NCBI RefSeq assembly: GCF_051903065.1 | Contig: NZ_CP178438.1 | Strand: one strand, 5' to 3' | DNA: 64,000 nt | Source: Escherichia coli | Lineage (GTDB): Bacteria > Pseudomonadota > Gammaproteobacteria > Enterobacterales > Enterobacteriaceae | In this document: piece after piece, positions 34,614 to 46,439 of the stretch | Position numbering within the stretch: position 1 is the stretch's first letter | Layout of the letters: every line of letters starts with the position of its first letter | Program-made: the position numbers and the translations under genes | The notes under the pieces: model-generated | What the model saw: the letters and a program-made list of their open reading frames with translations, nothing else | Database searches by the model: none | What the model was told of the DNA's origin: nothing

Positions 34614-35357
34614 TTATTGGCGAATCAACATATACAGACGGAACAGATAGATGAGCAATACGGCTGAAATCAGGTTGCTCAAGGTGTTCGCCAGTACGGC
34701 ACCAATTTCCGGGGTTAATGCGGCAAAAGAAGAGGCAAAAAGCAGCAACAGTGTTTTTGCCAGCAACCAGCTCAGTACTGCGGGTGCCACCAGACGCATA
34801 TTCGCCCAAGTCAGCCGCATACTGCTACGCATCGAGGCAAAAACGCCCATTTTGTCCTGTACCAACATCACCGGTGCCAGGGCCAGTAAAATGGCCATGA
34901 TAATTCCCGGAACGACCACCAGCATGATGCCAATCTGTACTAAAAGGGTAGTCAGAAAAATCAGAATAAATAACTTTGGCAATATCGGCGCACTGGCACC
35001 AATAGCTCGCAGCGCACTGACTCTCTGACCCGCAGACACCAGCTGGATAATTAATATTACGCCTCCGGCGAGAATGGCGTTACCGATTAATCCTGAAAAA
35101 GTGGACGCCGCTGAAGCCTGCAGCAAAATTTGTTGCTGTTCCGGTGACATATTCTGAACCAGGTCGAACAACCCACTACTGCCGCTAACGGGCACGCCGT
35201 CATTGAGCTGCGCAAGCTGTGCATCACTGGGTGAGAAAACATGCCCTAACACCACTGTGATAAACGCACATAGCAACGATACCAACAGAATGGTCATAAA
35301 TTGATTACGGAAGAAATTTCCGGTGTCACGGTATACGGACTGCGCCGTGATAGACAT
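34614..35357 (-). CDS. yciC: UPF0259 inner membrane protein YciC
   Basis: 247-aa hydrophobic ORF recognised as YciC. Confidence 0.88.
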   Translation of the reverse strand: MSITAQSVYRDTGNFFRNQFMTILLVSLLCAFITVVLGHVFSPSDAQLAQLNDGVPVSGSSGLFDLVQNMSPEQQQILLQASAASTFSGLIGNAILAGGVILIIQLVSAGQRVSALRAIGASAPILPKLFILIFLTTLLVQIGIMLVVVPGIIMAILLALAPVMLVQDKMGVFASMRSSMRLTWANMRLVAPAVLSWLLAKTLLLLFASSFAALTPEIGAVLANTLSNLISAVLLIYLFRLYMLIRQ

Positions 35358-35551
35358 GCACTCTCCTTGAGTTTTATGCAGGTGTTAATTAGCGGGCAAT
35401 TGTACCCTGGTTAAGCCTCGGGTGGCAGCATCAGGTCTTGTATGGAAAAGCATATCTTTGTAAAGCGGAGGTAATTGCTGGCCTTCAGGCGTGGGCAAAC
35501 CGCGGCAAGTGGCGATCGAGTTAATATTTGCGTAGCGAAAATATTTAAAAA

Positions 35552-35610
35552 TTGATTTAAATCACGTTAACCAGGATTCTCAATGCAACTTCTAAATTAA
35601 TCCAGATCAA
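35552..35610 (+). promoter_or_regulatory. Candidate FNR half-site pairs upstream of ompW
   Basis: TTGATttaaATCAC (35552-35565) and TTAATccagATCAA (35597-35610) resemble TTGAT-N4-ATCAA. Confidence 0.4.
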
Positions 35611-35713
35611 TAAAGGGTGAATTATCATATGTAATGTGATCTATGTAGGATCATTTGTTACTCCAATATAGGTATATTCGTCACGTTTTTATAACCATAA
35701 CGACGGAGCGGAT

Positions 35714-36352
35714 ATGAAAAAGTTAACAGTGGCGGCTTTGGCAGTAACAACTCTTCTCTCTGGCAGTACCTTTGCGCATGAAGCAGGCGAATTTTTTATG
35801 CGTGCAGGTTCTGCAACCGTACGTCCAACAGAAGGTGCTGGTGGTACGTTAGGAAGTCTGGGTGGATTCAGCGTGACCAATAACACTCAACTGGGCCTGA
35901 CGTTTACTTATATGGCGACCGACAACATTGGTGTGGAATTACTGGCAGCGACGCCGTTCCGCCATAAAATCGGCACCCGGGCGACCGGCGATATTGCAAC
36001 CGTTCATCATCTGCCGCCAACACTGATGGCGCAGTGGTATTTTGGTGATGCCAGCAGCAAATTCCGTCCTTATGTTGGGGCAGGTATTAACTACACCACC
36101 TTCTTTGATAATGGATTTAACGATCATGGCAAAGAGGCGGGGCTTTCCGATCTCAGTCTGAAAGATTCCTGGGGAGCTGCCGGGCAGGTGGGGGTTGATT
36201 ATCTGATTAACCGTGACTGGTTGGTTAACATGTCAGTGTGGTACATGGATATCGATACCACCGCCAATTATAAACTGGGCGGTGCACAGCAACATGATAG
36301 CGTACGCCTCGATCCGTGGGTGTTTATGTTCTCAGCAGGATATCGTTTTTAA
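35714..36352 (+). CDS. ompW: Outer membrane protein W
   Basis: 212-aa ORF with signal peptide and C-terminal aromatic residue, recognised as OmpW. Confidence 0.94.
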   Translation: MKKLTVAALAVTTLLSGSTFAHEAGEFFMRAGSATVRPTEGAGGTLGSLGGFSVTNNTQLGLTFTYMATDNIGVELLAATPFRHKIGTRATGDIATVHHLPPTLMAQWYFGDASSKFRPYVGAGINYTTFFDNGFNDHGKEAGLSDLSLKDSWGAAGQVGVDYLINRDWLVNMSVWYMDIDTTANYKLGGAQQHDSVRLDPWVFMFSAGYRF

Positions 36353-36411
36353 TTCCGCACAAAAACGACCCCGTAATATACGGGGTCAATAAGGACATGG
36401 CATAAAGGGTA

Positions 36412-36918
36412 TTATTTCTTCGCTTCTACGCCATCAGTTTCAGAGCGAATTAAAAATTTCTCAGTTGTTTGCGGAATATGCTGAATCAGCCAGTCGGCCA
36501 TTTGCTTTTCCTCATTTAAAATCGCTTCGATGATCGGAATTGAGGCTGTATCACCGGCATTTTTTGCTGCTGCTAATAGAGAGGTGTAACAGGCGATTTC
36601 AAATTGCTCGAAGACATATCCGCTAATAGAGCCTTTGACTATTTCATCAGAAGGGAATATACCACCGATTGACTGCCCAAGCGCAGCCATTTTACTCATG
36701 GAATCTTTAATGACTGAACGTGAAATGTCATTACGATCAAGAATAGTTTCCAGTTGAACAATCTGGTTTTTGGTTTCACTAAGATGTTGTTCAATACGAG
36801 CACGTAGTTCAGGATAATTATCTATACGGCTGGCCATGGATTCAAGCATAGATTCGGCTTGCTTTTCCATTGCATGGGCGTCACGTAACCAGTCATGATA
36901 ATGTTCAATACGATTCAT
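36412..36918 (-). CDS. yciE: DUF892 ferritin-like protein YciE
   Basis: 168-aa ORF recognised as YciE; in tandem with paralogous yciF. Confidence 0.88.
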   Translation of the reverse strand: MNRIEHYHDWLRDAHAMEKQAESMLESMASRIDNYPELRARIEQHLSETKNQIVQLETILDRNDISRSVIKDSMSKMAALGQSIGGIFPSDEIVKGSISGYVFEQFEIACYTSLLAAAKNAGDTASIPIIEAILNEEKQMADWLIQHIPQTTEKFLIRSETDGVEAKK

Positions 36919-36963
36919 GAAAATGTCCTCTTTATAAAATGACTAAAAGTTAAAGTTCATATT

Positions 36964-37464
36964 TCAGGCTTTATTTTCGGCTTTCTTATTTACGTTATTA
37001 AGGGCCAGATCAGTCAGTTTGATGTCGGTGGCCTTTTCTTCTTCCAGGGTCTCTTTCAGAAGCTTCGCTGCTTTACGGTAACCTAATTGTTCAGCCAGCG
37101 TCGCTAATGTCCCGTAACTGGCAATCTCATAATGCTCGACTTTCTGTGCTGCGGCAATCAGTGCGGCATCACGCACTTCGTTTTTCTCGGTACTTTCGAT
37201 GACCTCATTAGCTTCTTCAATAAGACCTTCCATTGCCACACATTTCATGCGCTTAATTTTCAGATTCGATTCTGATTCCACAACTTGATCAATACGTTCA
37301 ATCTGTCCATGTGTTTCCTCGAGGTGCGCATGAAAAGCCTGACTTAATTTTTCGTTTGATGTTGCTCTTGCGAGTTTTGCCAGTGCCCGGGTTAATTGTT
37401 TTTCTGCGCTGTAGGTATCTGAAAGTAGGTGAATAAATACATCTTCCATGGTCTTCATATTCAT
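36964..37464 (-). CDS. yciF: DUF892 ferritin-like protein YciF
   Basis: 166 aa from the ATG at 37464 (MNMKTMEDVFIHLLSDTYSAEKQ...); track ORF extends 16 codons upstream. Confidence 0.88.
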   Translation of the reverse strand: MNMKTMEDVFIHLLSDTYSAEKQLTRALAKLARATSNEKLSQAFHAHLEETHGQIERIDQVVESESNLKIKRMKCVAMEGLIEEANEVIESTEKNEVRDAALIAAAQKVEHYEIASYGTLATLAEQLGYRKAAKLLKETLEEEKATDIKLTDLALNNVNKKAENKA

Positions 37465-37549
37465 ATTTTTCTCCAGTGGAATCACTGCGAGCCATACGGC
37501 CCGCAGATGCAATTATCTTTATCAGCTGATATTAATAATTAACGGTGAA

Positions 37550-37729
37550 TCAGGATTTACCTGATTTATTACCACCGTTTTGTTGACCGCCTTTTTTACC
37601 CGCTTCAGATGCGCGTTGCGGATCATTTTTAAAATTACCGCCGCTATGCTGACCGCCTTTACGGCCTGCGTCGGATGCCTTCTCACGGTCTTCGGCGAAA
37701 TTTCCTGAACCACCACGATGTTCGGCCAT
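37550..37729 (-). CDS. yciG: KGG-repeat general stress protein YciG
   Basis: 59 aa from the ATG at 37729 (MAEHRGGSGNFAEDREKASDAGRKGGQHSGGNFKNDPQRASEAGKKGGQ...). Confidence 0.8.
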   Translation of the reverse strand: MAEHRGGSGNFAEDREKASDAGRKGGQHSGGNFKNDPQRASEAGKKGGQQNGGNKSGKS

Positions 37730-38074
37730 GTTATTTCTCCCGTTGCGTTGCATTGTTTCATTAATATGAGTGTTGTGTGTCGGCACTCATTAAAATTAGT
37801 CGCTAATGAGAATTAGTCAAATTAAGCGTAACGAGAAGAAAGTGGGAAAATATATTATGAGGAACGTTCTTGATATATTAACAATTGCCTGAGGAATAAG
37901 TGACTTAGAGAAAATTATTGATTTTACTGGTGTTATGTTGCGGGATTAATTTGTTTGATTATATTACTGTTGGGCGGAAAAATGACGTAAGTTGACGTTT
38001 GACAGGGGTAAGCGAAACGGTAAAAAGATAAATATTAAATGAATTTAGGATTTTTCCGGCTTCGTTAAAGAAAG

Positions 38075-38102
38075 TTAAAATGCCGCCAGCGGAACTGGCG
38101 GC
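38075..38102 (-). terminator. trp operon terminator (trp t) downstream of trpA
   Basis: Hairpin gccgccag-cggaa-ctggcggc immediately 3' of the trpA stop, followed by an A/T-rich tract on the minus strand. Confidence 0.6.
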
Positions 38103-38109
38103 TGTGGGA

Positions 38110-38916
38110 TTAACTGCGCGTCGCCGCTTTCATCGGTTGTACAAAAGCTTTCAGTGCCGCCAGCATTTTCTCTGGCTCATTAATATGTTGCTCGATGATT
38201 TTAACAATGGCCGAACCAGAAATCGCGCCCGCAGCTCCTGCATCAATCGCTGCTTTTACCTGATCCGGGGCGGAAATACCAAATCCCTGCAATGGAGGTG
38301 CAGCGTTGTACTCTTTCAGCTTCGCAATCAGATGATTGAGGGGTAACGCGGCGCGGTTTTCTGCGCCGGTCACGCCCGCTCGTGACAGCAAATATGTGTA
38401 ACCACGACCGTAAGAGGCTATCTGGCGCAGCAGGTCGTCATCGGCATTTGGCGGGCAGATGAAGATAGGTGCGACATTATGACGCAACGCGGCCTGGCGG
38501 AAGGGCGCGGACTCTTCAACTGGCACATCGGCAACCAGCACCGAATCGACGCCGACTTTCTCGCACTGGGCATAAAACTCATCAATGCCTTTGTTAAACA
38601 CCAGGTTGGCATACATCAGCAGGCCAATGGGAATGGTCGGGTGTTTCTGGCGAATGAGTGCCAGCATCTCAAAGCACTGCGCCGGGGTCACACCTGCCGC
38701 AAAGGCACGCAGTGTGGCGTTTTGAATCGTCGGGCCATCTGCCAGTGGGTCGGAGAAGGGGATGCCTAACTCCAGCGCGTCAGCACCGGCTTCAATTAGC
38801 GTATCGATAATTTTCAGCGACTGCTCAATGCCCGGATCACCGAGCGTGACGAAAGGAACAAATGCGCCTTCTTTGCGCTCCTTCAACTGGGCAAACAGAG
38901 ATTCGTAGCGTTCCAT
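38110..38916 (-). CDS. trpA: Tryptophan synthase alpha subunit
   Basis: 268-aa [32 protein letters not shown]... recognised as TrpA. Confidence 0.96.
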   Translation of the reverse strand: MERYESLFAQLKERKEGAFVPFVTLGDPGIEQSLKIIDTLIEAGADALELGIPFSDPLADGPTIQNATLRAFAAGVTPAQCFEMLALIRQKHPTIPIGLLMYANLVFNKGIDEFYAQCEKVGVDSVLVADVPVEESAPFRQAALRHNVAPIFICPPNADDDLLRQIASYGRGYTYLLSRAGVTGAENRAALPLNHLIAKLKEYNAAPPLQGFGISAPDQVKAAIDAGAAGAISGSAIVKIIEQHINEPEKMLAALKAFVQPMKAATRS

Positions 38917-40109
38917 CAGATTTCCCCTCGTGCTTTCAAAATATCGTGAACGGTGAAGATGTCTTTATCGCCGCGACCGGAAAGGTTAACCACCAGTAGC
39001 TGCTCTTTTTCCGGGTTTTCGCGCATCATTTTCAACGCATGGGCCAGGGCGTGGGAGGATTCCAGCGCCGGGATGATCCCTTCATGCAGGCAGAGCGTTT
39101 TGAAGGCTTCAAGGGCTTCATCATCGGTAATAGACACGTAATCAGCGCGTCCAGTGCTGTTAAGATACGCGTGTTGTGGGCCGACAGACGGGAAATCCAG
39201 TCCGGCGGAGATGGAGTAAGATTCTTCAATCTGCCCGTCTTCGGTTTGCATCATCGGCGCTTTCATACCGAAATAAATGCCCACGCGACCATGTTTTAGC
39301 GGTGCGCCGTGCTCGCCAGTTTCGATACCGTGACCACCAGGCTCCACACCAATCAGGCCGACGTCGGTTTCGTTGATGAAATCTGCAAACATACCGATGG
39401 CATTCGAACCGCCGCCAACACAGGCGATAACGGCATCCGGCAGACGACCTTCTCTTTCCAGAATCTGTGCTTTGGTTTCTTCGCCAATCATCCGCTGAAA
39501 CTCACGGACAATGGTCGGATAAGGATGTGGGCCAGCTGCGGTGCCCAGCATATAGTGCGCGGTTTCATAACTGCCGGACCAGTCGCGTAGCGCCTCGTTA
39601 CAGGCATCTTTCAGCGTCGCGGAACCGCTATGTACCGGGATCACTTCCGCACCCATTAAGCGCATACGAAAAACGTTAGGCGACTGGCGTTCAACGTCTT
39701 TGGCCCCCATATAAATACGGCATTTCAGGCCGAGCAGGGCGCTGGCAAGGGCCGACGCCACGCCATGCTGACCGGCCCCGGTTTCGGCGATGATTTCGGT
39801 TTTACCCATCCGCTTCGCCAGTAAAGCCTGACCGAGCACCTGGTTAGTTTTATGCGCGCCGCCGTGCAGCAAATCTTCGCGCTTCAGATACAGCGTGGTT
39901 TTCGTCCCAGCCGTAATGTTCTGGCATTTGGTCAGTGCGGTTGGACGCCCGGCATAGTTTTTCAGTAGGTCGTTGAACTGGGCCTGAAATTCAGGATCTT
40001 TTTGCGCGCTGACAAAAGCTTCTTCCAGCTGGCGCAGAGCAGGCATCAGGATTTGTGGCACGTACATGCCGCCAAACTCACCAAAATAGGGATTAAGTAA
40101 TGTTGTCAT
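38916..40109 (-). CDS. trpB: Tryptophan synthase beta subunit
   Basis: 397-aa ORF recognised as TrpB; 1-nt stop/start overlap with trpA (TGATG). Confidence 0.96.
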   Translation of the reverse strand: MTTLLNPYFGEFGGMYVPQILMPALRQLEEAFVSAQKDPEFQAQFNDLLKNYAGRPTALTKCQNITAGTKTTLYLKREDLLHGGAHKTNQVLGQALLAKRMGKTEIIAETGAGQHGVASALASALLGLKCRIYMGAKDVERQSPNVFRMRLMGAEVIPVHSGSATLKDACNEALRDWSGSYETAHYMLGTAAGPHPYPTIVREFQRMIGEETKAQILEREGRLPDAVIACVGGGSNAIGMFADFINETDVGLIGVEPGGHGIETGEHGAPLKHGRVGIYFGMKAPMMQTEDGQIEESYSISAGLDFPSVGPQHAYLNSTGRADYVSITDDEALEAFKTLCLHEGIIPALESSHALAHALKMMRENPEKEQLLVVNLSGRGDKDIFTVHDILKARGEI

Positions 40110-40120
40110 TGTTCCTTTCC

Positions 40121-41482
40121 TTAATATGCGCGCAGCGTCTGGAAAACCGAGGCCAAAAGACGTGCGTCTTTGATGCCTGGTTGCGACTCTACAGCAGAAT
40201 TAAAATCAAGCCCGGCGCAGCCGGTTTGTGCCGCTTCCACGCAGTTATCTGCGCCTAAGCCACCCGCCAGCAGGACATTGCTAAGCGATTGACCGTTTAA
40301 CAGTGACCAGTCGAAACGTTGCCCACTCCCACCCTGGCCGTTATCAAAAACATATTTATCGACGTGCTGCAAATCGCGTGCGGGCAGGGTTTCACCGACG
40401 CTTAATGCTTTCCAGATGGCAACGTTTTCCGGCAATGCCTTACGTAGTTCATCGATATACTGCTGGTCTTCACTGCCATGCAGTTGTACTGCCGCCAGCG
40501 ATAACACCTTAGCGTTGTCCACCACATCGGCAATATTGTGATTGCGGAACACGCCAACGTATTGCAACGGTGCCGCAGCCATCACCGCCTGCGCCTGTTC
40601 AACATTGACGCAGCGCGGTGACGTTGTAACAAAAATCAACCCACCGTAAATCGCCCCGGCATCATAAGCGGCTTTAGCATCTTGCCCACGCGTCAGGCCA
40701 CACACTTTATTCTCACCCAGCAACACCCGGCGCACGGCGGCGTTCAAATCGTCATGGGCCATCAGCGCCGAACCAATCAGAAAACCGTTAGCGAAGTGGC
40801 TTAACTCGCGCACCTGAGCGTAAGTATTGATGCCGGATTCGCTGATCACCGTCACGTTGTGCCCCAGTTTCGGCGCAAGCTCGCGCGTGCGGTTGAGATC
40901 GATCGACAAATCACGCAGATCGCGGTTGTTGATACCGACAACTCTTGCCCCCAATGCAATGGCGCGCTCCAGTTCCTCGTCATTACTGACTTCGGTCAGC
41001 ACGCCCATCGACAGACTGTGGGCGACGGCGGCAAGCTGGCAATATTGTTCGTCGTCCAGCACCGACAGCATTAATAAGCAGGCATCGGCCTGGTAATAAC
41101 GCGCAAGATAGATCTGGTAAGGGTCGATAATAAAGTCTTTACATAAAATCGGCTGCGGGGCGATCTGGCTGACGATGGGGAGAAAATCAAAGCTTCCCTG
41201 GAAATATTTCTCGTCAGTCAGCACCGAAATTGCCGAAGCGTAATTTCTGTAGACGGTTGCAATGCGTGCCGGATCGAAATCATCACGGATCACGCCTTTT
41301 GACGGCGACGCTTTCTTGCACTCCAGAATAAACGCCGTGCGTGCACCCTGTAGCGCATCATAAAAATGTCTCGTGCTCGGCTGAACCTCATTCTGAAAAC
41401 TGGCCAGCGGTTGCTGCTGTTTGCGGGCTTCTACCCAAATCGCCTTGTCTGCGACGATTTTCGCTAAAACGGTTTGCATCAT
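40121..41482 (-). CDS. trpC: Bifunctional indole-3-glycerol-phosphate synthase / phosphoribosylanthranilate isomerase
   Basis: 453-aa ORF recognised as TrpC. Confidence 0.95.
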   Translation of the reverse strand: MMQTVLAKIVADKAIWVEARKQQQPLASFQNEVQPSTRHFYDALQGARTAFILECKKASPSKGVIRDDFDPARIATVYRNYASAISVLTDEKYFQGSFDFLPIVSQIAPQPILCKDFIIDPYQIYLARYYQADACLLMLSVLDDEQYCQLAAVAHSLSMGVLTEVSNDEELERAIALGARVVGINNRDLRDLSIDLNRTRELAPKLGHNVTVISESGINTYAQVRELSHFANGFLIGSALMAHDDLNAAVRRVLLGENKVCGLTRGQDAKAAYDAGAIYGGLIFVTTSPRCVNVEQAQAVMAAAPLQYVGVFRNHNIADVVDNAKVLSLAAVQLHGSEDQQYIDELRKALPENVAIWKALSVGETLPARDLQHVDKYVFDNGQGGSGQRFDWSLLNGQSLSNVLLAGGLGADNCVEAAQTGCAGLDFNSAVESQPGIKDARLLASVFQTLRAY

Positions 41483-43078
41483 TTACCCTCGTGCCGCCAG
41501 TGCGGTTACTCTGTCGTAAGCGGAACCACTGCGCAGTACCTCAAGAACGGTTTGCGCATTGGCTTGCAGATCTTCATGGCCATGCAGGCGCATTAACATG
41601 GCGACATTCGCCGCGACGGCTGCTTCATGGGCGGCGTCGCCTTTACCTTGTAACAAGCGTGTTAAAATGTCACGGTTTTCTTCCGGTGTTCCGCCTGCCA
41701 GTTGCTCCTGGTGGTAAGGCGTCAGGCCAAAATCTTCAGCGGTCAGCTGATAGCTCTTAATTTCGCCATCATGCAGTTCGGCAACGATTGTCGGCGCGTG
41801 TAATGAAACTTCATCCATCCCGCCGCTGTGCACCACCGCCGCGCGTTGATATCCCAGCACGCGCAAGGTTTCGGCAATCGGCAGCACCAGCTCCGGGCTG
41901 TAGACACCAATTAACGCCAGCGGCGGATGCGCCGGGTTAATCAGTGGCCCCAGCACGTTGAACAGGGTGCGGGTTTTCAGTTGCTGGCGAACCGGCATTG
42001 CATGGCGAAATCCGGTGTGATATTTCGGCGCAAAGAGGAAACAAACACCTAACTCATCCAGCGCCTGGCGCGATTTATCGGCGTTCATATCAAGATTAAT
42101 ACCGAACGCCGCCAGCAGATCGGACGAACCAGATTTACTGGAGACGCTACGGTTGCCGTGTTTCGCCACTTTCAGCCCACAGGCCGCGGCGACAAACGCA
42201 CTGGCGGTAGAAATATTGATGCTGTTGCTGCCGTCACCGCCGGTGCCGACGATATCGGCAAACAGATAATCCGGGCGCGGGAACGGCGCGGCGTTTTCCA
42301 GTAGCGCGGTTGCTGCTCCGGCGATCTCGTTCGGGTGCTCGCCGCGAATTTTCATGCTCACCAGCGCCGCCGCCAGTTGTTCCGGCTTCAGCTCGCCACG
42401 TACCACCGCTGAAAACAGCTGGTGGCTTTCTTGTTGGCTAAGGGTCTGTGCCTGATACAGTTTTTCCAGAATCGGTTGCAGCGTGTTGGTTGGCTCTAGT
42501 TTCTGCTGCGTCCAGGCCAGCGTTTGTTCCAGCAGGCGAGCGCCCTGGGTAGTAAGAATGGACTCTGGATGAAACTGGAAACCGCAAACGCGATCTGCAT
42601 CGTGACGCACCGCCATCACCATGCCATTAAAATGGGCGTTGATGGTTAAACCGGCCGGAATATTACTGCCAACCAGCGAGTGATAACGCGCCACCAGCAG
42701 CGGGTTTGTTAATCCGGCAAACATCGCCTGACCGTCGTGTTCAATGCTGGAGGCTTTACCGTGGAGAATTTCGCCCGCCTGACCGACATAGCCCCCGTAA
42801 GCTTCGACAATCGCCTGATGACCAAGGCAAATGCCAATAATAGGCAGCTTACCGCGCAGGCGGGTAAGCAGTTCAGGCATACAACCAGCTTCGCTCGGCA
42901 CACCGGGTCCAGGAGAAAGCATCAGTACCGGATTGCTCATCGTCGCCAGGCGTTCAATTAAGGTCTGCGCCGGAATATGGTTGCGGTAAATCACCACGTT
43001 ATGACCATTGCTGCGCAACTGATCTGCCAGGTTGTAAGTAAAAGAGTCGATATTATCGAGCAGCAGAATGTCAGCCAT
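41483..43078 (-). CDS. trpD: Anthranilate synthase component II / anthranilate phosphoribosyltransferase
   Basis: 531-aa ORF with N-terminal glutamine amidotransferase domain, recognised as TrpD (TrpGD). Confidence 0.95.
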   Translation of the reverse strand: MADILLLDNIDSFTYNLADQLRSNGHNVVIYRNHIPAQTLIERLATMSNPVLMLSPGPGVPSEAGCMPELLTRLRGKLPIIGICLGHQAIVEAYGGYVGQAGEILHGKASSIEHDGQAMFAGLTNPLLVARYHSLVGSNIPAGLTINAHFNGMVMAVRHDADRVCGFQFHPESILTTQGARLLEQTLAWTQQKLEPTNTLQPILEKLYQAQTLSQQESHQLFSAVVRGELKPEQLAAALVSMKIRGEHPNEIAGAATALLENAAPFPRPDYLFADIVGTGGDGSNSINISTASAFVAAACGLKVAKHGNRSVSSKSGSSDLLAAFGINLDMNADKSRQALDELGVCFLFAPKYHTGFRHAMPVRQQLKTRTLFNVLGPLINPAHPPLALIGVYSPELVLPIAETLRVLGYQRAAVVHSGGMDEVSLHAPTIVAELHDGEIKSYQLTAEDFGLTPYHQEQLAGGTPEENRDILTRLLQGKGDAAHEAAVAANVAMLMRLHGHEDLQANAQTVLEVLRSGSAYDRVTALAARG

Positions 43079-44640
43079 CAGAAAGTCTCCTGTGCATGGT
43101 GCGCGGTGGCGATAGCGCGCAGTACAGCGCGGGCTTTATTAAGGGTTTCGTCGGCTTCCGACTGCGGAACAGAATCAAGGACTACGCCAGCACCGGCTTG
43201 CACGGTAGCGATACCGTTTTCCACCAGCGCCGAGCGGATCACAATGCAGGTGTCGAGATCGCCGTGCGCGGTGAAATAACCTACCGCGCCGCCGTAGCTG
43301 CCGCGGCGACGACCTTCCGCCTCGGCAATTAACTGCATAGCACGCACTTTCGGCGCACCGCTTAACGTCCCCATATTCATACAGGCGCGGTAAGCGTGCA
43401 GGGCGTCGAGATCGTGGCGCAGCTCACCGACCACGCGGGAGACCAGGTGCATCACGTAAGAGTAACGGTCAACTTTGGTGAGATCGGCGACGTAGCGGCT
43501 GCCGGGGGTGCAAATGCGTGCCAGGTCATTACGGGCGAGATCCACCAGCATCAGATGTTCAGAAAGCTCTTTATGATCGGTACGCATTTCCAGTTCGATG
43601 CGGCTGTCGAGGTCTCTGTCCAGTGAACCATCGGCACGACGACCGCGTGGACGTGTTCCGGCAATCGGGTAGATCTCAATCTGGCGGCTGGTGGCGTCAT
43701 ACTTGAGCGAACTTTCCGGCGACGCGCCAAACAGGGTGAAATCATTATCCTGCATAAAAAACATGTACGGGCTGGGATTACTCTTTTTCAGCACGTAATA
43801 GGCCGCCAGCGGTGACGGGCAGGGCAGAGAGAAACGGCGAGATGGCACCACCTGGAAAATTTCTCCGGCGCGAATCGCTTTTTGCAACAAACGCACTACG
43901 CCACCGAACTCTTCATCGCTCTGATTACATTCACAACGCATATGCGGCACGGAAACCACCGGCAGCGGTGGCGCGGTTTCGGTCAGTTGCTGGCGAAGAT
44001 CGTTCAGGCGAGCAGTGAGACGTTGTTTTTCTTCTTCATTCGGAGCAAAAAGGCTGGCCTGAATGCGGGTGCTTTTTTTCTGATGGTCAATCACCATCAG
44101 CGTTTCAGCGAGATAAAAACAGAAATCAGGGCAGTTATTTTCCGCTGACAGTTGCGGTAAATCTTCAAACCCCGCCACAAGGTCATAAGAGAACAGGCCG
44201 CCGAAGAACATTGCTTCTCGTTCTTCCTTCGGTACATTCAACAGATTCTGCAATAAGCGGAAAGCGTCAAAAACCGAAAGGGAGCATAAGCGAGCGTCTT
44301 CATCCAGCAGTGGACTGACAGGGGGGAAGCGCAGCACACGGCAGTTTGGTGATTGTTCATTTTCCACACCCGCAGGCAGGGCGGTATCCAGTAGTGTCAG
44401 CAGGGCTTCACCATTGCCGGAAAGCGCCTGGATTGTGACGGTGTCACCTAAAGCTGTAATGCGCAGCGCACTGTCTACCAGCAGCAGGCTTTTTAAATCA
44501 TCTTTGCTGTCGATATCTGCGGATTCCAGCAGCAGCGTTGCCGGACGATCCCCACACAACTGGTGAAAAAGCGCGGTGGGATTGTCGCGATAAGCGCCTT
44601 CGCAGGTTAGCAGTTCGAGAGTCGGTTTTTGTGTTTGCAT
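43078..44640 (-). CDS. trpE: Anthranilate synthase component I
   Basis: 520-aa ORF recognised as TrpE; 1-nt overlap with the trpD start. Confidence 0.95.
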   Translation of the reverse strand: MQTQKPTLELLTCEGAYRDNPTALFHQLCGDRPATLLLESADIDSKDDLKSLLLVDSALRITALGDTVTIQALSGNGEALLTLLDTALPAGVENEQSPNCRVLRFPPVSPLLDEDARLCSLSVFDAFRLLQNLLNVPKEEREAMFFGGLFSYDLVAGFEDLPQLSAENNCPDFCFYLAETLMVIDHQKKSTRIQASLFAPNEEEKQRLTARLNDLRQQLTETAPPLPVVSVPHMRCECNQSDEEFGGVVRLLQKAIRAGEIFQVVPSRRFSLPCPSPLAAYYVLKKSNPSPYMFFMQDNDFTLFGASPESSLKYDATSRQIEIYPIAGTRPRGRRADGSLDRDLDSRIELEMRTDHKELSEHLMLVDLARNDLARICTPGSRYVADLTKVDRYSYVMHLVSRVVGELRHDLDALHAYRACMNMGTLSGAPKVRAMQLIAEAEGRRRGSYGGAVGYFTAHGDLDTCIVIRSALVENGIATVQAGAGVVLDSVPQSEADETLNKARAVLRAIATAHHAQETF

Positions 44641-44661
44641 TGTTATTCTCTAATTTTGTTC

Positions 44662-44689
44662 AAAAAAAAGCCCGCTCATTAGGCGGGCT
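44662..44689 (-). terminator. trp attenuator (3:4 terminator hairpin)
   Basis: Minus strand agcccgcctaatgagcgggc followed by T8 between trpL and trpE; matches the classic trp attenuator. Confidence 0.85.
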
Positions 44690-44731
44690 GGGTATCTGAT
44701 TGCTTTACGCATGGTGAATACACTGCCCGTT

Positions 44732-44776
44732 TCAGGAAGTGCGCCACCAACCTTTCAGTACGAAAATTGCTTTCAT
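44732..44776 (-). CDS. trpL: trp operon leader peptide
   Basis: 14 codons ATGAAAGCAATTTTCGTACTGAAAGGTTGGTGGCGCACTTCCTGA ([14 protein letters not shown]) with tandem Trp codons. Confidence 0.9.
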
Positions 44777-44794
44777 TGTCGATACCCTTTTTAC

Positions 44795-44840
44795 GTGAAC
44801 TTGCGTACTAGTTAACTAGTTCGATGATTAATTGTCAACA
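44795..44840 (-). promoter_or_regulatory. trp promoter and TrpR operator
   Basis: Minus strand TTGACAATTAATCATCGAACTAGTTAACTAGTACGCAAG: -35 TTGACA at 44833-44838, palindromic operator CGAACTAGTTAACTAGTACG overlapping the -10. Confidence 0.88.
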
Positions 44841-44913
44841 GCTCATTTCAGAATATTTGCCAGAACCGTTATGATGTCGGCGCAAAAAACATTATCCAGA
44901 ACGGGAGTGCGCC

Positions 44914-45795
44914 TTGAGCGACACGAATTACGCAGTGATTTACGACCTGCACAGCCATACCACAGCTTCCGATGGCTGCCTGACGCCAGAAGCATTGGTG
45001 CACCGTGCAGTCGAGATGCGCGTCGGCACCCTGGCGATCACCGACCATGACACCACAGCTGCAATCGCGCCAGCAAGAGAGGAAATTTCACGTTCGGGAC
45101 TGGCGCTGAATCTTATTCCCGGCGTGGAAATTTCCACGGTCTGGGAAAATCATGAAATTCATATTGTCGGGCTGAATATTGATATTACTCATCCGCTAAT
45201 GTGTGAGTTCCTCGCGCAGCAGACAGAACGGCGCAATCAGCGGGCGCAGCAAATTGCCGAAAGACTCGAAAAAGCGCAAATACCTGGGGCGCTGGAAGGC
45301 GCACAACGACTGGCGCAGGGCGGCGCAGTGACGCGCGGTCATTTTGCGCGTTTCCTTGTTGAGTGCGGCAAAGCCAGTTCAATGGCGGATGTCTTTAAAA
45401 AGTATCTGGCGCGCGGGAAAACCGGATACGTTCCGCCACAGTGGTGTACAATAGAACAAGCTATTGATGTCATTCATCATTCTGGCGGTAAGGCGGTGCT
45501 TGCTCATCCTGGGCGGTACAATCTTAGTGCTAAATGGCTGAAAAGATTGGTTGCGCATTTTGCCGAACACCACGGCGACGCGATGGAAGTCGCGCAGTGC
45601 CAGCAATCGCCCAATGAACGTACCCAGCTGGCGACGCTTGCCCGCCAGCACCATTTATGGGCATCACAAGGATCTGATTTTCATCAGCCATGCCCGTGGA
45701 TCGAACTGGGTCGTAAACTCTGGCTGCCCGCAGGCGTTGAAGGCGTCTGGCAGCTATGGGAACAGCCGCAGAACACCACAGAGAGGGAATTATGA
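44914..45795 (+). CDS. yciV: PHP-domain 5'-3' exoribonuclease / phosphoesterase YciV (TrpH)
   Basis: 293-aa ORF with N-terminal HSHTTASDG PHP motif. Confidence 0.88.
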   Translation: MSDTNYAVIYDLHSHTTASDGCLTPEALVHRAVEMRVGTLAITDHDTTAAIAPAREEISRSGLALNLIPGVEISTVWENHEIHIVGLNIDITHPLMCEFLAQQTERRNQRAQQIAERLEKAQIPGALEGAQRLAQGGAVTRGHFARFLVECGKASSMADVFKKYLARGKTGYVPPQWCTIEQAIDVIHHSGGKAVLAHPGRYNLSAKWLKRLVAHFAEHHGDAMEVAQCQQSPNERTQLATLARQHHLWASQGSDFHQPCPWIELGRKLWLPAGVEGVWQLWEQPQNTTEREL

Positions 45796-46412
45796 GCCAG
45801 TTTTTTTATATTCATCCTGATAACCCACAGCAACGTCTGATCAACCAGGCGGTGGAGATCGTGCGTAAAGGCGGGGTGATTGTTTATCCAACTGATTCCG
45901 GCTATGCGCTCGGCTGTAAAATTGAAGATAAAAACGCCATGGAGCGTATTTGTCGTATTCGCCAGCTGCCGGACGGTCACAACTTTACCCTGATGTGTCG
46001 CGATCTTTCTGAACTCTCGACCTATTCATTTGTCGATAACGTTGCGTTTCGTTTAATGAAAAATAACACGCCGGGCAACTATACCTTCATCCTGAAGGGG
46101 ACGAAGGAAGTGCCACGCCGTCTGTTGCAGGAAAAACGCAAAACCATCGGTATGCGTGTGCCTTCTAACCCGATTGCGCAGGCGTTGCTTGAAGCACTGG
46201 GCGAACCGATGCTTTCCACTTCGCTAATGCTGCCAGGCAGCGAATTTACCGAATCCGATCCCGAAGAAATTAAAGACCGTCTGGAAAAACAGGTAGATTT
46301 GATTATTCACGGCGGCTATCTCGGGCAGAAACCGACAACGGTTATTGATCTTACCGATGATACGCCGGTCGTGGTGCGTGAAGGCGTAGGTGATGTGAAG
46401 CCTTTCTTATAA
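45792..46412 (+). CDS. yciO: YrdC/Sua5-family dsRNA-binding protein YciO
   Basis: 206 aa from the ATG at 45792 (MSQFFYIHPDNPQQRL...); ATGA overlap with the yciV stop. Confidence 0.88.
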   Translation: MSQFFYIHPDNPQQRLINQAVEIVRKGGVIVYPTDSGYALGCKIEDKNAMERICRIRQLPDGHNFTLMCRDLSELSTYSFVDNVAFRLMKNNTPGNYTFILKGTKEVPRRLLQEKRKTIGMRVPSNPIAQALLEALGEPMLSTSLMLPGSEFTESDPEEIKDRLEKQVDLIIHGGYLGQKPTTVIDLTDDTPVVVREGVGDVKPFL

Positions 46413-46439
46413 CAAATTGCGTTCCACGGATGGAAGACT